A stretch of DNA of 61,988 bases, counting the filler, from Chthonomonadaceae bacterium (lineage in GTDB: Bacteria; Armatimonadota; Chthonomonadetes; Chthonomonadales; Chthonomonadaceae): NCBI GenBank assembly GCA_035650735.1. It is 4 parts of 4 records of this genome, joined end to end, with 100 filler letters (N's around TTAATTAATTAA, not from the genome) between each part and the next. Parts side by side here need not be neighbours in the genome. Positions count along the whole stretch, not along the records: positions 31,806 to 46,870 come from DASRGZ010000202.1; positions 46,971 to 53,576 come from DASRGZ010000211.1; 2 more parts are not named here. One strand, 5' to 3'. The stretch's first letter is position 1, and each line of letters starts with the position of its first letter. The notes under the pieces are model-generated. The model worked only from the letters and a program-made list of their open reading frames with translations. It was not told the DNA's origin and searched no databases. This document shows, one piece after another, positions 38,764 to 48,721 of the stretch. The position numbers were made by a program, and so were the translations under genes.

Positions 38764-39969
38764 ATGCTCTGGATTTTGGGGATGGCGGGCTTGATATGCG
38801 CGGGCGCCCTCTTCTATTCTATGCGCCGAAATTTCCGCCTGGAAACGGAGTACCGTACGGCCCTGAATGCCCTGCGCACGGATTGCCAGCGCCTGAGTCA
38901 GGAAATGGCTTTGCTGCGCCAGGAATACGCCGCATTGATGGGCCAGTGCGGCGCGGCGGTGCTTGTGCTGGACGCAGAGGGAGTCATTGAACGCGCCAAC
39001 CCTACCGCCTGCCGGCTCTTCGGAATGCCCGTGCGGGCGCTTGTGGAGCAACCGCTTCTCCAGGCCACCCTTTCCAACGAGCTGAGCGCCTTGTTCTCCG
39101 CAGCGCGTTCCGGTGAGAGAGCGCAACAGGACGAAATTCGGCTGCCGGGGCCGGGTGGGCGCTGTCTGCGCGTCTCGCTGGCGCCGATTGCCAATGACGA
39201 GCCGAAGCGCTTCCGCTGGCTGCTGGTGGCGCAGGATATTACCGAGCTGCGTCGGCTGGAAACGGTCCGGCGCGACTTCGTCGCCAACGTCTCCCATGAG
39301 CTGCGCACCCCGCTCGCCTCCATTCGGGCGATGGCCGAGACGCTCCAGGATGGGGCGCTGCAAGATATCAGTGTGGCGGATCGGTTTCTTGGCACCATCG
39401 TCACCGAGGCCCAACGCCTGACGCGCATCGCCGAGGACCTCCTGATCCTCTCCAATGCCGAGTCACGGCCTCCGGAGCGGTCGCTCTTTGTTCTTTCCGA
39501 TCTCATTGCCGAGGTTATCGAGCGCGTGCAGCCGCAGGCCCTACAGACCGGGATCGCTTTGAGCGCCGACATACCGCCTGGCGTACAGGTCTTTGCCAAC
39601 CGGGATCAGATCGAGCAGGTGGTCGTCAATCTCGTGGATAACGCGATCAAGTATACGCCGGCGGGCGGGCGCGTCCAGGTGACGCTTGCGCATTCCACAA
39701 ACGGGGTGGCCGTCTCGGTGGCCGATACCGGCATCGGAATCCTGCGGGAAGATTTGCCGCGCATCTTTGAGCGGTTCTATCGGGTAGATAAGGCCCGCTC
39801 GCGCCAATCGGGGGGCACCGGGCTGGGGCTGTCCATTGTCAAGCACATTGTCGAGGCGCATGGCGGCCAGGTGACGGTAGAGAGCGAATATAATCACGGT
39901 TCTACGTTCACCTTTACGCTGCCCTCACCGCCGGACGCCCCTATGTCCGCAGCGCTCAAGTCTGCATAA
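38764..39969 (+). CDS. phoR: PAS sensor histidine kinase PhoR
   Basis: RRDFVANVSHELRTPL, NLVDNAIKY, IFERFYRVDKARSR, GGTGLGL. Confidence 0.93.
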   Translation: MLWILGMAGLICAGALFYSMRRNFRLETEYRTALNALRTDCQRLSQEMALLRQEYAALMGQCGAAVLVLDAEGVIERANPTACRLFGMPVRALVEQPLLQATLSNELSALFSAARSGERAQQDEIRLPGPGGRCLRVSLAPIANDEPKRFRWLLVAQDITELRRLETVRRDFVANVSHELRTPLASIRAMAETLQDGALQDISVADRFLGTIVTEAQRLTRIAEDLLILSNAESRPPERSLFVLSDLIAEVIERVQPQALQTGIALSADIPPGVQVFANRDQIEQVVVNLVDNAIKYTPAGGRVQVTLAHSTNGVAVSVADTGIGILREDLPRIFERFYRVDKARSRQSGGTGLGLSIVKHIVEAHGGQVTVESEYNHGSTFTFTLPSPPDAPMSAALKSA

Positions 39970-40083
39970 ACTGGACCTCGCGCCTGAACCCGCTGCGACC
40001 GACACGTGCGGACACTCCCGCGAATAGACCGTCATTGTTCGGGATAGAGCAGGCATGGTATAATTCCCATAGCAGGAGAGGCC

Positions 40084-40944
40084 ATATCCGAGCCGTTCGA
40101 CGCCGCTACCAAACGCCTGGTTGAAGCCGACCCAATGGCCTGGCTGCGTTTTCTTGGCCTGCCGGGAGAAAAGGCCCAACTCATAGACGCCGACCTTGCG
40201 ACCGTCGTTGCCGAGGCCGACCGTATCCTGCGCGTCACGAACCCGGACTATCTGGCGCACTTTAAGTTGCAAGCCTCCTACAAGGTGAATATGGGCGATC
40301 GGACGCTGCTCTACAACGTCGTCGCCTACTATAAGTACCGTCTGCCTATCGAGAGCGCGGTCGTGCTGCGGCGCAAGGAGGCGGATGGCCCTGCCATGTC
40401 CGGGCGTGTTGCCTATGGCTCGTTGGAGTTCCGGTATCGCGTCGTGCGCATCTGGAAGAAGTCTCCAGAGGAGTTGCTTAGCGGGTCGCTGGCGTTGCTG
40501 CCGCTGGCTCCGCTGACCAGCGTTTCCGAAAGCGATCTGCCAGACGTAGTACAGAGAATGGAGGCGCGCATTGATGCGGAAGCGCCAATGGAAGACCGGG
40601 GACTGCTCTGGACCACGACCTTTCTCCTCCTAGGCTTAAAATACGACCCGGAGTTCTCGCAGCAACTGATTAAAGGAGTCTTGGAGATGAAAGAGTCAAG
40701 CACCTACCAATACATTCTGCAAGGGGGAATGAAGGAGGGGTTGAAAGAAGGAATGAAAGAGGGAGAGGCAAAAGGCCGCATGGAGGAAGCACGCCGTATG
40801 CTGCTCCTTATAGGCGGCAAGCGGTTCGGTGAACCCGATGCCCAGATACAGGCGGCACTCGAAAAGATCACTTCCCCGCAACAACTGGAACAGCTTGCAG
40901 CGCAGCTTTTCGAGGTCGAGTCTTGGCAGGAACTGCTGAAATAG
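40084..40944 (+). pseudogene. Rpn/DUF4351-like PD-(D/E)XK protein, probably decaying (ATA at expected start)
   Basis: PFDAATKRLVE in frame upstream of first ATG; AGGAG RBS precedes ATA 40084; MKESSTYQ..EG repeats..KRFG C-terminus; TGGTATAAT promoter at 40056-40064. Confidence 0.65.
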
Positions 40945-40987
40945 AAAAAGGCGGCATTCGCGCCACCGATGGGAATAGAGGCGGATC

Positions 40988-41218
40988 ATGGACTGGTACC
41001 GCGTGAAGACGGTTAGCAGTGACGAAGAGGCTCAGCGCTGGCTCAATGAGATGAAGGCCGAGGGGTACGAGTTCCTGAGCATGACGGCCTCCGGGTGGCA
41101 GGACGCCAACGGTACCGGCATACTGCTGCACCTGGTGGTAGAGTACCGGGGCAAGCAAACGCCTGCGGAGGTGCCGGTGGAGGAGGCTGCCCTGGCCAAC
41201 CAGCATACAGTGATTTGA
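40988..41218 (+). CDS. Small hypothetical protein
   Basis: 76-aa ORF with GAGG RBS; WLNEMKAEGYEF pattern. Confidence 0.55.
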   Translation: MDWYRVKTVSSDEEAQRWLNEMKAEGYEFLSMTASGWQDANGTGILLHLVVEYRGKQTPAEVPVEEAALANQHTVI

Positions 41219-41446
41219 TAGCTAGGGTGCTAAGGTTTTAAGGTGCTAAGGGTCGCTCTGGCGGACCGGCATACAGGGCTTTGATAGAGGGTGTTATGCC
41301 CTTTTTTGCCTGCTTCGAGAGAGGACTTGGAGGCTGATGACCGCTTGGTGCTCGCTAAAAAGCGAGCCCAAAGCCTCTAATGAGCGGCTGGCCTATCTCC
41401 TCAAGAGGACCCAAGTGCATCACACGCTCTAGAGGGAGAGCGAAAG

Positions 41447-41833
41447 ATGAAACGGATGTATGGGGCCTGGCTGCTTTACGCACTGGCCTGTGTGATAGCG
41501 CTATCCACGCGGGCGGCGGCGCAGAATGCGAATCAGCGGGATACCGATCAGTTTGTGGACGTGCCAAAAAATCACTGGGCGTATGATGCTGTTTTAGATT
41601 TGAAGCGCAAGGGTATTTTGATTGGCTATCCCGGCCCGCTGCCCAGGATGCAGGGACAGACGCCGGAGGCCGCTGCGCCCCAGCCAACCGGGCGCTCTGC
41701 TCGCAGCGATAACCAACACGCACCGGGCTATTTATCGCGCCATCCTGAGCGCACGGTCCACCAGCGCGGAGCGCACCTGCAGCACGGAAAGGCACACCGG
41801 GCCCTACAGGCTCGACACAAATCAGGTTCCTAA
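41447..41833 (+). CDS. Secreted S-layer homology (SLH) domain protein
   Basis: Signal peptide; FVDVPKNHWAYDAV..GILIGYP. Confidence 0.8.
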   Translation: MKRMYGAWLLYALACVIALSTRAAAQNANQRDTDQFVDVPKNHWAYDAVLDLKRKGILIGYPGPLPRMQGQTPEAAAPQPTGRSARSDNQHAPGYLSRHPERTVHQRGAHLQHGKAHRALQARHKSGS

Positions 41834-41909
41834 AGCGTTGCGGGAGGATTGCTTAAGGCGGAGCCGTACTCACTTTATGTCCGACTTGCCCCTTCCCTAG
41901 TCGTTTGCT

Positions 41910-42738
41910 TCAACGCTTCTCAGTCGGGCCGGGATAAACGCAGCCTGGTTCGTTTTCGCTCATTGGCCGTGTTTTCTGGATGACCCATTGCTCAAAGGCT
42001 CGGTTCCATTCCGCGTCCGTGTGCAAGCGTTCAATAAGTTGGACTATTTGTTCAGGAGTGAGTACTGCTTTCCGGTAAGCTTTGAGCGCGTTCGCCTGGG
42101 CCTTCGATGCCCGTGCCTGAGCGCGCTCTTCTTCTTACTGGAAAACCTGCATGATGGCTCTGGCGGCCTCGGCCGCGGCAGCCAACTCCTGCTTGATCCT
42201 TTCCAGGTGCCTGTCCAATACCGTCCTCTCTTGCCACAGTCTCTTCGCCTGATCTGTGTTCCCCTCTGTAAGAGCGCAAATAGCCTGGAGTTCCTTCTCG
42301 GCGGCCTGACGTTCTTGCCGGTCTACAGCCAAGCGCAGCATGTTCATCGTCGCGACGGCTTCTACAGCTTGCTCCTTATATTCCAGGAGGCTCTCTCGCA
42401 TTTGGCGGAGGGCGTCTCCAACAAGCTGATCGGGGTTTTCCGTCACTTGGGCTTGCTGGTCTGTGCCTTTCTTGAGCCGAAGAGAAAAAGCGCGTCGAAA
42501 AAAGGACGGTAGACACTCCCAGCCGTGTGGATCAATCTCACGCAGCCTGCTGCTGAGGAGATACGTCCACACCGTTGGGAGCGATTACCAAAAGGACTTC
42601 TTCTGCGAAATATTTTTGGGCTGCACGAGAGCCTCGATCAGTGTCAGCAAAATAGCCTTCTACGGATAAGCCCTTCGCCGTTGCTTTATCCCGGAGTTGT
42701 TCTTCCAGTTCCGGCGTTAACTCCACGGTGATAGCCAT
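41910..42738 (-). pseudogene. Disrupted gene: antitoxin-like N-terminus fused to PspA/IM30-like coiled coil
   Basis: One extra T in a T run near 42650 plus two in-frame TAA; repaired frame joins MAITVELTPELEEQL to ENPDQLVGDALRQMRE and on to 41910. Confidence 0.6.
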
Positions 42739-42934
42739 TGGTGATGCGCCTTTCCCTGCCGGCAATACCTTAGACCTATGGCTGTATTCGACGCAACCGA
42801 GCGGCTTCCTGCTCTAACGCGAGTTGAAGAGAGGGCTGAATAGGAAGATGTTGAATTCAGAAGCGGGTTTTTGCGGCGCAAAACCTGGCAGCCGAGTCGC
42901 AACACTCTAACTCATTGAGTTGCAGCAGAGGCAA

Positions 42935-43579
42935 CTATGGGTCCTGGCTCTCTGGAGGCGCGCTGGCCCGGAGTAGTTGCCGGGGCGAGGCGTCCGGGGT
43001 GCTGGAGACCGGACGCAGGAGGATATTGGCGGCGGTGGCCGAAGCGTCGGTGGCGCGTAGCAGGGTCTGGCTGTCCTGCTCCTGGGCGGCGCGGTCTCGC
43101 AGCAGCGCCAGGCAGCGCTGGGACATCTCCTGAACGCGCCAATCTCCGGCAGCCTTGCCCCTGCCCCGTGCCAACTGCTCGACAGACGGCATCTCATCGC
43201 GCCCGCCGATCTGGCGCAAGGCGCGTAGAATCGCCATCACCAGGTCGGCATCGGCGCTCTGGAGCGCGCGGCAGAGAATGGCGCGCTGCCGCGCGTTAAG
43301 CCAGAAGGCATCACTGGCTCTCAGGCAAGGCAGCAGCCGGGTAAGCGTCTCGGCGGCAGCCTGACGCACCCGGGCATCCGGGAACTCTAGCGCGTCGGCC
43401 ATCTGCCCAACGACGGAAGGCTCCTCGGAGCGGGCCAGAGTGAGCAGCGCGCGCTTCTCCATTTCGACGGCTTCCGGCTTGCCTTCAAGCGAGGGCAGCA
43501 GGCTCAGGCGATTGCGCTTGCTCATATACAGGAGCGTGACCATCAGGCAGAGGATAGTCACGGTGAGAAAGGACAGCAT
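42935..43579 (-). CDS. Membrane-anchored HEAT repeat protein with LLR-repeat tail
   Basis: N-terminal TM, VRQAAAETL HEAT motif, C-terminal TLLRA/ILLRP/QLLRA. Confidence 0.75.
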   Translation of the reverse strand: MLSFLTVTILCLMVTLLYMSKRNRLSLLPSLEGKPEAVEMEKRALLTLARSEEPSVVGQMADALEFPDARVRQAAAETLTRLLPCLRASDAFWLNARQRAILCRALQSADADLVMAILRALRQIGGRDEMPSVEQLARGRGKAAGDWRVQEMSQRCLALLRDRAAQEQDSQTLLRATDASATAANILLRPVSSTPDASPRQLLRASAPPESQDP

Positions 43580-43600
43580 ACTGCTCTGTTCCTAACATTG

Positions 43601-43792
43601 CTATACGCGGCGGCGCATCTGCTTCCAGAGAATCGTTACCTGCGCGGCAATGGCCGCCGCGAAGATAGCGATCAAAACCAGCCGGAACCCCGACGTGACA
43701 TACGGCAGCAAGAGCGCAAGTACCGCGATTTTTACAAGAATACTGGTTAGTATGGTCAAGCGCTGGAAAGACTTTAGGCCCGGTTTTCGCAC
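43601..43792 (-). CDS. Small two-TM membrane protein
   Basis: AAGGAG RBS before GTG 43792; two hydrophobic helices. Confidence 0.5.
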   Translation of the reverse strand: MRKPGLKSFQRLTILTSILVKIAVLALLLPYVTSGFRLVLIAIFAAAIAAQVTILWKQMRRRV

Positions 43793-44066
43793 GCCCTCCT
43801 TATCCACGCCTCTTTTTCTCCCATCTAATGCCTCGTGGATTTTACGGCAGCGTCTTTTGGCCCGCAAGATTGGGCTCGCGCTGCCGCAATGGACTCTCAT
43901 TGTACCCTGTTTACAAATAGACGGTCACGGGACGATTCTGTTCTCCAAACGTGCCGGGGAGGAAAGGGGGACGCCGTCAGCGTCCGGCAGGCAAGGAGTA
44001 CCACGAGGAAGTTGATGACAATTCTCCGCTCCTCCGTTGTAAAGGTAAGGAGTCACGGACGACGTT

Positions 44067-45008
44067 TTACAGGCGCTTGCGCAGGACGGCGAAGCGGCGC
44101 ATTTGCCGAAACCCGAAGCGGCTATAAACCTTTTGCGCCGTCTCCTGGCTGGTCCAGAGCACCCAGGCGTTATGCAGCCCCTTGCGCCGCATTGCCTCCA
44201 GGCAGCGCGCCATCAACACCGTCCCAATGCCCTGGCCCTGCATCCCCTCGCGCACGCCATACGGGCCGAAATGCTCCCCCTCAAACTGGCAGTAGCCGGC
44301 GATCTCGCCCTCGCGCAGGGCGATCAGGAACTGGTCGTAGTCGGCCAGCCCTTTGGTGACGTCCAGCAGCAGGTCGCGGGCGTGCCGCACCCAGTCGCCC
44401 GGCATGTGGGCATTCAAGAACTGGAGCAGCGTGGGGACTTCCTGCGGCAGCAGTGAGCGGACGGCGATGCCCTGCGCGCGCAGCTGCGCCTCCCGCTCAA
44501 CATAAGGCGTGCCATCGAACAGAACGATATTGGCGTCCATGCTGATCGGGCGCGAGACGACTTCAAAGCCGAACTGCTCCGTCAGCAGCTTCAGCATCGG
44601 GCCATAATGCGTCTCGTCCAGGCCCGGCACGAAGTAGTTAGGCGTGTAGGGAGAGAGGAGGATTTCGGAGCGCCCGGCGTCGCGGAAGAGCGGCAGCGCC
44701 CGATCCAGCAGCGCAGCCTCAACGCCCTGGCCCTGCCGGTTCGGGTGGACGCCCAGCGCCGTGATCCATCCCTGATCCGGCGACAGCCCGACCTTCTCCA
44801 GCGGCACGCGCCGGATCAGGCAGAGGCAAAAGCCGACCAGTTCATCGTCAGCTTCGGCCAGGCAGAGCCAGTTCGGATCGAAGTTGGGATCGAGCAGCAC
44901 CTTGCGGTGGAAGGTGCGCCGGTCAATCGGGTCATAGGGCAGCGCCGTGTTCCAGAGCGCCAGCAGGGCCGTTTCGTCGTCGGCGCGGTAGCCGCGTACC
45001 GTGATCAT
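44067..45008 (-). CDS. Tandem GNAT acetyltransferase
   Basis: Two acetyl-CoA motifs (VHPNRQGQG, QGQGIGTVL), VYSRFGF. Confidence 0.88.
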   Translation of the reverse strand: MITVRGYRADDETALLALWNTALPYDPIDRRTFHRKVLLDPNFDPNWLCLAEADDELVGFCLCLIRRVPLEKVGLSPDQGWITALGVHPNRQGQGVEAALLDRALPLFRDAGRSEILLSPYTPNYFVPGLDETHYGPMLKLLTEQFGFEVVSRPISMDANIVLFDGTPYVEREAQLRAQGIAVRSLLPQEVPTLLQFLNAHMPGDWVRHARDLLLDVTKGLADYDQFLIALREGEIAGYCQFEGEHFGPYGVREGMQGQGIGTVLMARCLEAMRRKGLHNAWVLWTSQETAQKVYSRFGFRQMRRFAVLRKRL

Positions 45009-45122
45009 TGCCGTCTCCTCACAAGCGCTTAAGAGCCTCTCCCTTTAGACGCTTTGCCGAGGTGGGAGAACCTTTCTATTGGGATAGACTCCAAGGCAGT
45101 TCGCGCTTCTGCCGCTTAGCTA

Positions 45123-45225
45123 ACCCAAGTTGCTACCTAGGAACACGTTTGAGAGAGAATCGCTCTGGAAACCGGCTTTTGCATCACCGTTTGCCTTCTC
45201 GAAGAGGCAAGGTAGCAACTTGAGT
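45123..45225 (+). mobile_element. 103-bp MITE, copy 2
   Basis: ACCCAAGTTGCTACCT..AGGTAGCAACTTGAGT; target duplication TAGCTA (45117-45122, 45226-45231). Confidence 0.9.
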
Positions 45226-45266
45226 TAGCTATTCAAGTTCGCCACGAGTGTTGGGGAAGTGCAGGC

Positions 45267-45965
45267 TCAAAGCAGCTCACGCTTCTGACGCTTCTGCCAC
45301 TCCTCCACGGCATAGGCTTCCGCGTACATCACGCCCGTCTCGATGCCGCGTATGCGCGTGCACGCCTGGTACCAGTCCCAGTAGGGGAAGCCGCCCTCGC
45401 CGCGCCCGATAGCATAGCACTTGAACGCCTTTTCCCACTCCTCAAAGACGTCGCTGATGTCCACGTAGACGAACGGGCGGAAGTTCTCGTGGTCCTCCCA
45501 ATTCTCGGCGTAGTAGAGGCGTGCCCAGCCCAGGCGCGGCAGGCCGTCTAGCTCGAAGTGGCGGTTGGCAGCCATGAAGAAAGCGCGCCGGGCCAGGTGG
45601 TAGGTGGCGGTATGGTCGCTGTGAATGCTGTCGGGCCAGTGGGTAATGATCACCTGCGGCTTCAACTGCCGCAGTTGTTTGGCAACGTCGCGCGCAATGT
45701 CGTCATTAGCGGTAATCTCGCCGTCGCGATAGGGCAGGAAGTGAGGCGTAGCGCCCAGAAGCTGGGCGGCGGCTTCCGCCTCGCGGCGTTTTTGCGCGCC
45801 GTACTCCTCCGCCGACAGGCGCGCGCTGCCCTTCTCTCCCAGAGTCAGGTGGAGGATATGCGCCGTCCAGCCTTCGCGGACGTGCTTGAGCAGCGTCGCT
45901 CCTGCCGTAAATTCCATGTCCGCCGCGTGGGCGCCAATAGCGAGGATGCAGCGTGATTCTTCCAT
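45267..45965 (-). CDS. PIG-L/LmbE family deacetylase
   Basis: GAHAADME, LTLGEKG, IITHW..HSDH. Confidence 0.9.
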   Translation of the reverse strand: MEESRCILAIGAHAADMEFTAGATLLKHVREGWTAHILHLTLGEKGSARLSAEEYGAQKRREAEAAAQLLGATPHFLPYRDGEITANDDIARDVAKQLRQLKPQVIITHWPDSIHSDHTATYHLARRAFFMAANRHFELDGLPRLGWARLYYAENWEDHENFRPFVYVDISDVFEEWEKAFKCYAIGRGEGGFPYWDWYQACTRIRGIETGVMYAEAYAVEEWQKRQKRELL

Positions 45966-46198
45966 AGCCGGGCGGGCGCCAGGCTGCGCGCCCTGACACC
46001 TCCTTTTGGTCTGGGCCGGAGCGTTGCCGGATCAACCGCAAAGCCTCCAGTCATTCCCATAATAAACCGTTCGGCGTGGCAAGTCAAGAGGCAAAACGTA
46101 GGCGATGCATACCGGGCAGGAATGGCGGCACCTCCTGCGGAAAAGATGATTTCGCAATTTGGGCGCTGGCTGTGCGCCGGAAATATCTTTAGAAGAGG

Positions 46199-46870
46199 AT
46201 GGCTTTACCTGTGCGTTCCCCATTATCGCAGCCGGAGGACAATCGAACCGGGCCGTCGGCTTCCGTTCCTGCTCGGCCGCTGCCGCGCTCCCAACGCGCG
46301 TCGTGGTTCAGCCTGCGGGCCATGCTGATCGCTTTCCTGCTGGCGCCCATCACCGCCTACTGGTCCGCCGACCAACTGATTGACGTCGTCTTCTCCCTGA
46401 TGATCCCTCCGACGGTGATGACGCTGCTGGTCGCATTGGCCAACTTGCTCGTGCGCCGCCTCGCCCCCCGCTATGCCCTCACCGAAGGCGAGCTTATCCT
46501 TTTCTATGGCATGCATGCCATCACGAGCGCGCTCTGCGCCGAGTGGATGGTTGTCATCCAGCCCTATATCTACTCCTACGCCCTGTTCGGGAAGAGCGAC
46601 TCACGCGTCACGGAGTATATCAATCCCTACACCCATCCCTGGTTTTTCGTCAAGCCGGAGGACGCTGACAAGTTCAAAGAGTATCGCAACGGCGGACATA
46701 GCTTCGTCTATTTCGTCTCACAGTTGCCTCTCTGGTGGCCCTATATAGCGTCCTGGACAGCGCTGGTCGGCCTGATTTGCCTGGCCATGCTCTGCCTCAA
46801 TGCCCTCTTTAGAAAGGAATGGACAAAACGCGAGAAGCTGGCCTTCCCCATCATCCAGGTTCCCCTCGCC
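46199..46870 (+). CDS. DUF6785-like polytopic membrane protein, 3' cut by gap
   Basis: SLRAMLI, LTEGELILFY, RKEW..REKLAFPIIQVPL. Confidence 0.7.
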
Positions 46871-46970
46871 NNNNNNNNNNNNNNNNNNNNNNNNNNNNNN
46901 NNNNNNNNNNNNNNTTAATTAATTAANNNNNNNNNNNNNNNNNNNNNNNNNNNNNNNNNNNNNNNNNNNN
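46871..46970. other. Artificial contig-join spacer
   Basis: 100 nt of N with TTAATTAATTAA. Confidence 0.98.
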
Positions 46971-47216
46971 GTTGAGGCCGATAAAGAGGAACAGCAGGAA
47001 GACGACGTTGGCAAACAGGGAGATGGTGGAGGGATACGGCCCGAACATCACTCGCTCCAGGCGCACGATCCAGTAGGCGTTGAGAGGCGTCAGCAGCGCC
47101 CCCAGAGCCACGGCCCGAAGCGTGACGCCCCGCGCAACGTATCTGGCGGCAGGCAGGTCCCTCTGCCTGGAGGAAGGCGAGGTTAACGCAGGCGGTTGGT
47201 TATCTGGCAGGGACAT
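46971..47216 (-). CDS. DUF6785-like membrane protein N-terminus, cut by gap
   Basis: GVTLRAVALGALL.PLNAYW..SLFANVVF. Confidence 0.65.
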
Positions 47217-47403
47217 TGTGTTACAGGCCCAATAGCGAAGGTTTGACAGATGGATTGGCCAGGGCGATACGGGCTTGTTCTGTTTCCGTATTACCCTGTC
47301 TGCGAGATTATCTTCGCTAGTAGACCTCTAATCTCCTACCCCTTTCCGCCAACGCGCCGTGCATCCCGCTTGCTGTCCCAAGCCGCGCTAGCGCTAGTCT
47401 CTG

Positions 47404-48342
47404 TTAATCGAGAGACCGCGCTATCGCCTGCGAAACCCAGGACATCCCGGCACCGCAGCGCGTTCCTGCCGTGTCACGCCTGCTCGCTGTGATGGGATTG
47501 GCTGGCACGGAGCAACTGCCCTGGATCGGCTTGGACGGTTGCAGAGGCGGGACGCAGCAGCGCGTCGGGCGTGGCAGTAACGGCAGAGGCACACAGGAGG
47601 GTCTGCACGGCACGTTGCTGTTCGGCACTCCCGCCAGCCCGGCGACGGCCTTGACCTCCTCGACGATGTTTGCCAGCCCGTCCTGCCCTACCCTGCGGCC
47701 CTTATCCAGCAGGAACAGCCAGGGCAGGGCGCTGCTCGGTCGCAGGCATAGCCACTCCTTGATCGCGGCGACAGCTTCATCGGGAAGGTAAATCTTACGC
47801 GGCTTGTCGCCTTTGCCGTGTCGGACAAGCAAGAACCCCTCCTCTGTGTCTATGTCCCCCACCTTCAAGTCCAGGGTTTCCTGCCGCCGCGTCCCGGCGA
47901 AGATGAGCGTCGCCAACATAGCATGACAGAGGGCGGCGCGCTGTGGCGGGTGGATACGCTGGCAGGCTTCCAGCAGGCGGCGTACTTCCTCTTCACTGAC
48001 CGTCAGGCGTATGGCAGGGTCTTTCCGGGGCAGGACAATCGTCGCGGCAGGGTTGGCTTTCAGCGTTCCGTGCGCTACCAGGAAGCTTCCTAATCCCCGC
48101 AGAGGATGAAACCGGCCCCTGAGCGTTCTGGGCCGAAGCCCCTGCCCGCTCAGGAAATGCAGATACCGGCGCAGGGTGTTAGCGTTGAAGTCAAACAGGG
48201 AGGGCTTGTCGTACCCGTTGGCCTGCATCCAGCGCAGAAAGCCGTTTAAGCCGCACTGGTAGCAGGTGAGGGTGGTCTTAGCGGCGCGCTGCTCGTGGCG
48301 CAGATAGGCCACATAATCGGCGCAGTAGTCAGAGAGTTGCAT
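47404..48342 (-). pseudogene. Tyrosine recombinase/integrase, C-terminally truncated
   Basis: SAM-like N-domain, GTRRQE (catalytic R), HGKGDKPR (K); HxxR and catalytic Tyr region absent after AGLAGVP. Confidence 0.8.
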
Positions 48343-48462
48343 GGTCGTTCCCCTTTCGATGGCGTGTACATCGTTCGGGGACGTGAGGGGTTAGAGGCCG
48401 GGATATAAGAGGGGGCGTGCGGGGTAAAAAGTGGAGGCTCTTACCCCGCACAGGCCGTTTTC

Positions 48463-48535
48463 TGAGAGCACTGGGATTCGAACCCAGGACACCCGCCTTA
48501 AAAGGGCGGTGCTCTACCGGCTGAGCTATGCTCTC
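48463..48535 (-). tRNA. tRNA-Lys(TTT)
   Basis: GAGAGCA/TGCTCTC acceptor, TAGCTCAG, CCGCC-CTTTTAA-GGCGG, GGTTCGAATCC; CCA not encoded. Confidence 0.95.
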
Positions 48536-48721
48536 TTATTTGCGATTGTGCTGCTATGGTACCCTATCTCGCCCCGCCTGTCAATGCCCGCTCCGGGGCC
48601 ATCGCAGACAGCGCTTTTCCCTTCGCATCGGCTCAAGCGAGCCTCTCTGTGATAAGAGGAAGAGGCGATGGCCCTGAGGCCCGCCCCTGGCGGCGGGCGA
48701 GATAGGGTTTCGATCTAGGAG

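Noticed and set aside
41221..41253. Short AGGTGCTA tandem repeat as a regulatory site
   Set aside because: Low-complexity and short; no supporting context
46199..47216. Two convergent DUF6785-like gene starts as one locus or an inversion
   Set aside because: They lie on different contigs separated by the artificial spacer
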